Below, one piece after another: positions 59,482 through 64,000 of a stretch of DNA of 64,000 bases. Source of the DNA: an uncultured delta proteobacterium. GTDB lineage: Bacteria; Desulfobacterota; Desulfobacteria; Desulfobacterales; SG8-13. The stretch spans positions 620,001-684,000 of the forward strand of contig CAWKCK010000003.1 in NCBI GenBank assembly GCA_963848135.1. The letters are read 5' to 3'. The notes beneath the pieces are model-generated. The model was not told the origin of the DNA, made no database searches, and saw nothing but the letters and a program-made list of their open reading frames with translations. The position numbers were made by a program, and so were the translations under genes. Each line of letters opens with the position of its first letter. Within the stretch, counting starts at the first letter, position 1.

Positions 59482-61365
59482 TTATTCGCGGGCGGCCCGC
59501 CGATCCGCTTTTTCTCTTTCACGTGCGGCACGCCTTTCGGCACGTTTGCGTTCCCTTTCGGACATTTTCTCTGCCTTCGAATCGGTTTTCCGGGTGGACC
59601 GGTCTGGTGCCGCAGGGGCATCTGCCGTTGTTTCGGCCGCCTTGGAATCGACTGTCGCTGAAGCGAGTTCCTGGGGCGGCATCTTTCGGCCTGCAGCGCG
59701 TCTTTCGGCGCGCCTGCGCTCCCTTTCGGCCTTTTTGTCGGCTTTGTCGGTTTTGGGGGTGGCCCGTTTCGGTACTGCAGGGGCATCTGTAACGGCATTG
59801 ACCGCCTGCGAATCGACTGTCGCTGAAGTGGGTTCCTGAGCCGGCACCTTTCGGCGTGCGGCGCGTCTTGCGGCGCGCTGGCGCTTTTTTTCGGCCTTTT
59901 CGTCGGTCTGGGTGCTGTCGGAAGAACCCACCGGTGTGACCGATTGTTTGGCATCAGACGATATAATGGATGTCTTCTCTTTGCTCTTGACCTTTGGTGC
60001 GGCGCTTTCCGCATTTTTTTCAAATACGTCATATCCCAGCAGCGATTCCGCCACCAGGCTACTCATATCTCTCATCATCAACTGCGATTCGACGGCCGTG
60101 ATGCCAACGTTCAGTCCCTGGAAACAGAAGGGGCAGCAGGAAACCAGGCATTCGGCACCGGTATCTTCGGCTTCTCTCACACGCCGTTGCGCCATCTTGT
60201 TCTGGATGTCCGGATAACCGGCCTTAAGTCCACCCCCGGCGCCGCAGCAGCGTGAGTACTCCCTGTTCCGGGGCATTTCGACAAGTTTGAGTCCGGGGAT
60301 GGCTTCCATTATCATACGGGGGGCATCGAACCCTCCCGTCGCACGTCCCAAGTGACAGGGATCGTGAAAGGTTACCGTCCGGTCGACCGAATGCGGAAAT
60401 ACCAACTCACCCTGCTTGAGCAGACGAGCAAGAAATTCTATGGTGTGCAGCACTTCGAAATTGAGCGGCGCCACCCGTGGGTAATCCTGCATAATCGTTT
60501 TAAAGCAGCCCGAACAGGAGCTGATCAGCGTTTTGATACCGAGGCTGTTGAACAAATCGATGTTTTGTTTGAAGACTCTTTCGTGTTCCGGATCGCCCAT
60601 CCGCAGCAAAACACTGGCACAGCATTTTTCTTCGCTGCCCAGAATTCCGTAGTCGATGTTCAGGGCTTCGAGAATATTGATCGTGTTAATGGCCACCTGC
60701 TTGACGTTGACGTCATAAGAGGCGGTGCATCCAAAAAATAGAAGGACTTTGGCGTTGGTTTTTCTAACCTCCCGGGGAAGTTTTTGGATAAGGCCGTCTT
60801 TTTTCGCTCTTCGGGCCCATTTTACTCTCGCCGCCCGGGGTTGCTGCCAGGGGTTATCAAAGGCTTTGACGCTTTTGACCAATGCCTTTTGAGCCTCCAG
60901 CGGTCCATAACCGGCCTGGACAATGATCCGCCGCAACTCTTCCCACAGCGTCACAGTCTCAATGTGTGCTGGACACACCACCTCGCATTGCCCACAGGTG
61001 GAGCACTCATAGAGGTTTTGAACAAAGTCGTCAATTTCCGTCTCACCGATGGTGCGATAACGGAAAATTTTGGCCAGCATGTTTTTAAGTGGCGCGCTGA
61101 TTTTTTCGTTACGCATTATTTTTGCTAAAAAACCCTGTTGCGCTTTGGCGATCTTCAGAAAATCGATGACTTTGCGCCGGGGGATAATGGCTTCTTTAGC
61201 GTCCTGATCGTGTACCGGGCACCACGTGAGGCATTCGCCGCACCGCGTGCAGGCATCCAGTTCGATCAATTGCTTCATCTTCAGGCTGTGAAGCGGAATA
61301 TCCCTTGATGCGTCCGTTTGCAGATGCTCATGGTTTTCAGGGTCTGTTTTGCGATCTTCGGTCAT
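59482..61365 (-). CDS. HdrD/GlpC-like Fe-S protein (2x[4Fe-4S] plus two CCG domains) with a repetitive charged C-terminal tail
   Basis: CTRCGECLTWCP, CSTCGQCEVVCP, FFGC, KCC, SCSGC, HDPCH, CCGAGGG, CPFC. Confidence 0.92.
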   Translation of the reverse strand: MTEDRKTDPENHEHLQTDASRDIPLHSLKMKQLIELDACTRCGECLTWCPVHDQDAKEAIIPRRKVIDFLKIAKAQQGFLAKIMRNEKISAPLKNMLAKIFRYRTIGETEIDDFVQNLYECSTCGQCEVVCPAHIETVTLWEELRRIIVQAGYGPLEAQKALVKSVKAFDNPWQQPRAARVKWARRAKKDGLIQKLPREVRKTNAKVLLFFGCTASYDVNVKQVAINTINILEALNIDYGILGSEEKCCASVLLRMGDPEHERVFKQNIDLFNSLGIKTLISSCSGCFKTIMQDYPRVAPLNFEVLHTIEFLARLLKQGELVFPHSVDRTVTFHDPCHLGRATGGFDAPRMIMEAIPGLKLVEMPRNREYSRCCGAGGGLKAGYPDIQNKMAQRRVREAEDTGAECLVSCCPFCFQGLNVGITAVESQLMMRDMSSLVAESLLGYDVFEKNAESAAPKVKSKEKTSIISSDAKQSVTPVGSSDSTQTDEKAEKKRQRAARRAARRKVPAQEPTSATVDSQAVNAVTDAPAVPKRATPKTDKADKKAERERRRAERRAAGRKMPPQELASATVDSKAAETTADAPAAPDRSTRKTDSKAEKMSERERKRAERRAAREREKADRRAARE

Positions 61366-61492
61366 GATCTCAACCTATATTCTTTCGGACAGTCATTATG
61401 CCATGTGGTTCGGGTCCGGACCTTTCCCATCGATCCGGCGGCTCCGACTATGAAATGGTTGGTTTTACAAATCGCCCGGTGGAGGACTGATT

Positions 61493-62950
61493 CTATACCC
61501 GTTGCTCCTTTTTTATTCCTGAAATTTCCTCCAATAAGTGGGTCAGCGGCACGTTGAATATGTGCTTTAGCTTGCCGAAGGGAAGATAGGCGACGAAAAC
61601 GGCGCCCATGACGGCATGGGCATACCAGAGGTAAGGATAAACCGAGCGCCAGTCGACCGGTAAAACCGATAAAACGGTAGCAAGAGAGTACCCGATGAAG
61701 GCAAACCCGGCAACCTCAGCGGGCATTTGTGTCATCAGGATTCGGGCCGCTTCAGCAAAAAAACCCAGAGCGATGAGGATTCCGAGGATACCCAGAGTGA
61801 TGTTGTCCTCGATTTCGGTCACTATGTGGGGCGGTTTGACGACAAAGCGTTGGGTGGCGGCCCACAGCACCCCAAGGAGTATGCACAAACCGAGAAAGTC
61901 GTATACGAAGGCCATAAATGGATCGTTCTTGTTGATCAGTGCCAAAGCCAATGGGTTTTCTGGTGCGATGCTGAACAGAAGGCCTGTGAACACGCTCAGC
62001 CCAAACCGGATCAGGATGGCAATAAAAATAAGTGAGTGTAGGGACCAGCGTTGAATACTGTTTTTTAGAATCCGCCGTTGTAAAACAATGTCCAGGACAA
62101 TTACCCTGATTGCCGTGAGGAATTTGCGTGAAAAGATCGTCTGCCAAACCGCATCGGAAGTCAGACTGATTTTCCGGTGCAGTGATTCGCCTTCGCCCTT
62201 AACACTGCCGATAAACCAGAAGCGGACCATCAAAAACGTACCGCCGAGAAACGTGATCAATGCGATCCAGAATATGGGATGTCCGACGCCGAGAGATGAC
62301 GGATGGCACATGATGCACAGCAGGCTTTTGGCCGGTAAGACGGCCGTTGGCGCACCGACCGTGTTTTGCGCTTGGTGACATCGCCGGCAGTTTTTTTCAT
62401 CGCTGACATCATCGAGCGTATGATCGACCAGGCCGATCGGTTGTTGATCGGCATCCAAAAATGCCAACTTGACACGGTTGTCCCTGCTGTCGAGCATAAT
62501 GGCTTTATGCTTGAAATGGCAGGCTTGGCAGTCAATTCTCAGGTGCGGGGCATGGGCGGTGCCTTCTCCGTGAAGCGAGTGACAGTCGCGGCATTGCCCT
62601 CCTATCTCGGATCGGTGAGGCGATCGGGCCACGTCGGTATGACAATGGATGCAGGCCACGTATTGATGTGGATTGTCTTGAAACGTGCCGGCGATTACTT
62701 GCAGCGGCACTTCCTTGCCGTCAACCACACGGCGGCAGTCGGGGTTGGCGTGGCATTCGTTGCAGAAGGCTCGGGAGGATTGCACGCCTTCATTGGTATT
62801 TATATTGGGTTGCCGGTGGCAATCCAGGCAGATCGATTCCGCGTTTTTGGTGGCAAAATCCTGGCCGGCCATCAACGGATATACGCTAACAGCCAGAAGA
62901 ATGGCGACACCGGCCGCGATCACCAGACCTATTCTACCCCTATTTCTCAT
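61493..62950 (-). CDS. Heptaheme cytochrome c fused to a NarI/DsrM-like membrane domain
   Basis: Signal peptide; seven CxxCH (CLDCH, CNECH, CIHCH, CRDCH, CQACH, CRRCH, CIMCH); RW.LH, RRF-like QRF, H...Y.PFGKL.H. Confidence 0.88.
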   Translation of the reverse strand: MRNRGRIGLVIAAGVAILLAVSVYPLMAGQDFATKNAESICLDCHRQPNINTNEGVQSSRAFCNECHANPDCRRVVDGKEVPLQVIAGTFQDNPHQYVACIHCHTDVARSPHRSEIGGQCRDCHSLHGEGTAHAPHLRIDCQACHFKHKAIMLDSRDNRVKLAFLDADQQPIGLVDHTLDDVSDEKNCRRCHQAQNTVGAPTAVLPAKSLLCIMCHPSSLGVGHPIFWIALITFLGGTFLMVRFWFIGSVKGEGESLHRKISLTSDAVWQTIFSRKFLTAIRVIVLDIVLQRRILKNSIQRWSLHSLIFIAILIRFGLSVFTGLLFSIAPENPLALALINKNDPFMAFVYDFLGLCILLGVLWAATQRFVVKPPHIVTEIEDNITLGILGILIALGFFAEAARILMTQMPAEVAGFAFIGYSLATVLSVLPVDWRSVYPYLWYAHAVMGAVFVAYLPFGKLKHIFNVPLTHLLEEISGIKKEQRV

Positions 62951-63039
62951 CTGAGTTATGTTTCCTCTCCATCTAATGAGCCGCGTGTGATTTTTTCACC
63001 GGCAAACGATCGCGTGTCCGGACGAACCCATTCGAAAGC

Positions 63040-63756
63040 TCACTCCTCGGCAGAATCTCCGCCATCGTGAGCGGTCGCCCATTCGCCCGGATGTTCCGCG
63101 ATAATTTTTTCTTTTGTCGTTCTTCCGGTAAAAATGCTTGTGTCGGCCGGATATACGGCCGGTCTCAAATGGGCCAGTCCAATATGAAGAAAAAATTTAA
63201 CGGCAATCGCCAGAATAGCTTCGAAAAAATGCAGCACCTGGGCGATATTGATGAAATATCCCGGGATAAAACGGGTGAAGAACTCCGGAAACCACATCAC
63301 CAGGCCGGTAAGCCCCATGGTGTTCATACCGATAAAAAGGGCCCAGTAATCGATTTTTTCCATATAAGTGAATTTGTCGAATTTTGGAGGCGTTTCTCTG
63401 CGGCCCAAAAAATAACGTAAATTTTGAGAGAAGTCTTTGAAATCCTTAATAGAAGGGGCGATTGAAAGCGGGCCGGAGAGTTGACCTGAAAGGGCCGCTT
63501 TATAGTAGAGAAACCACAACGCATGCACGACCACACATAAATAAGTGGCAACAGCGAAAAAACGATGCAGCCATGCAGCACCGCCGGATCCGCCGACAAG
63601 CCAAATAAATGCTCGGGCGGGCGCCGTTGAGCTAAATCCCAACGACAGGCCCGTAACGGCCAGTCCGGTGAAGCCGATCATCACCACCAAATGCAGGAAC
63701 CGGTGAAGAACGGAGAATCGAATCGGGAGGTCTTGGGAGTACTTTTCTGCAGCCAT
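63040..63756 (-). CDS. FdnI-like di-heme cytochrome b subunit
   Basis: RF...HR..H, LHR, KF...EK.DYWA, H..EA.LA.....H, EHP. Confidence 0.88.
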   Translation of the reverse strand: MAAEKYSQDLPIRFSVLHRFLHLVVMIGFTGLAVTGLSLGFSSTAPARAFIWLVGGSGGAAWLHRFFAVATYLCVVVHALWFLYYKAALSGQLSGPLSIAPSIKDFKDFSQNLRYFLGRRETPPKFDKFTYMEKIDYWALFIGMNTMGLTGLVMWFPEFFTRFIPGYFINIAQVLHFFEAILAIAVKFFLHIGLAHLRPAVYPADTSIFTGRTTKEKIIAEHPGEWATAHDGGDSAEE

Positions 63757-63757
63757 C

Positions 63758-64000
63758 CTAATGTTTCCTCAGTTTTTCATGCAGTTCTCTCAAAAGCCAA
63801 AGAAGACTGTGTCCGAAAAAGAAAATCAGCGACAATGCCACCACCGCTATCACCGCAATCTTGATGCGATGGATCCAGAGGATCGATCGATGCTTGGGGG
63901 ATTCGGTGGCAGATAATTCGTCCATAGAGGCGTGGATAACGATATTGGTGAATTCGGTTTCAGCGGTCGGGTGGCATCGGCGGCAGACCGGCAACGCAGC
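63758..64000 (-). CDS. C-terminal end of a membrane-anchored (multi)heme cytochrome c (partial)
   Basis: CRRCH followed by a C-terminal TM helix and H..LW..R. Confidence 0.75.
   Translation of the reverse strand, partial: AALPVCRRCHPTAETEFTNIVIHASMDELSATESPKHRSILWIHRIKIAVIAVVALSLIFFFGHSLLWLLRELHEKLRKH

Noticed and set aside
59367..60032. 221-aa basic ORF overlapping the HdrD-like tail
   Set aside because: Alternative frame of a low-complexity repeat region with no separate SD or family motif.

Overview
Bacterial chromosomal segment whose gene content suggests a Desulfobacterales-like sulfate reducer (inference). No rRNA, tRNA, CRISPR array or intact transposase was seen. Layout: (1) 1-11.4 kb: mutL 3' end, a FadL-type channel, a frameshifted porin, a decayed YefM-YoeB pair, a frameshifted FG-GAP protein, an intact VapBC pair, gatB and two tandem paralogous lipoproteins. 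(2) 11.5-41 kb: a ~30-kb uncharacterised locus. It holds a GSCFA protein, an O-carbamoyltransferase, four glycosyltransferases and a histidine phosphatase. These are followed by a 7-gene membrane module (small FtsX permease, ABC ATPase, 1668-aa M28-like/FtsX fusion, two distant OPT-like transporters, a hypothetical protein and a stand-alone PqqD/RRE). Facing it are an ABC exporter with an expanded NBD, a cNMP-binding protein, an anti-sigma/STAS/PP2C partner switch and a radical SAM-twitch enzyme. This locus is the best candidate for an undescribed system. (3) 41.8-46 kb: DUF2065-queA-tgt, a NifU-like protein and an aminotransferase. (4) 46-56.7 kb: a polyhydroxyalkanoate island (mce, phaE, phaC, GAF protein, second PhaC-like hydrolase with a PhaE-like partner, two phasin-like genes, phaR, MaoC/PhaJ, thiolase, SDR). 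(5) 56.9-64 kb: a multiheme cytochrome c / cytochrome b / NarI-like / HdrD-like redox operon followed by an Ssu/Tau-type ABC importer. Intergenic DNA is rich in heptamer tandem repeats and MITE/REP-like hairpin elements. All family calls come from motif recognition by eye, not from database searches.
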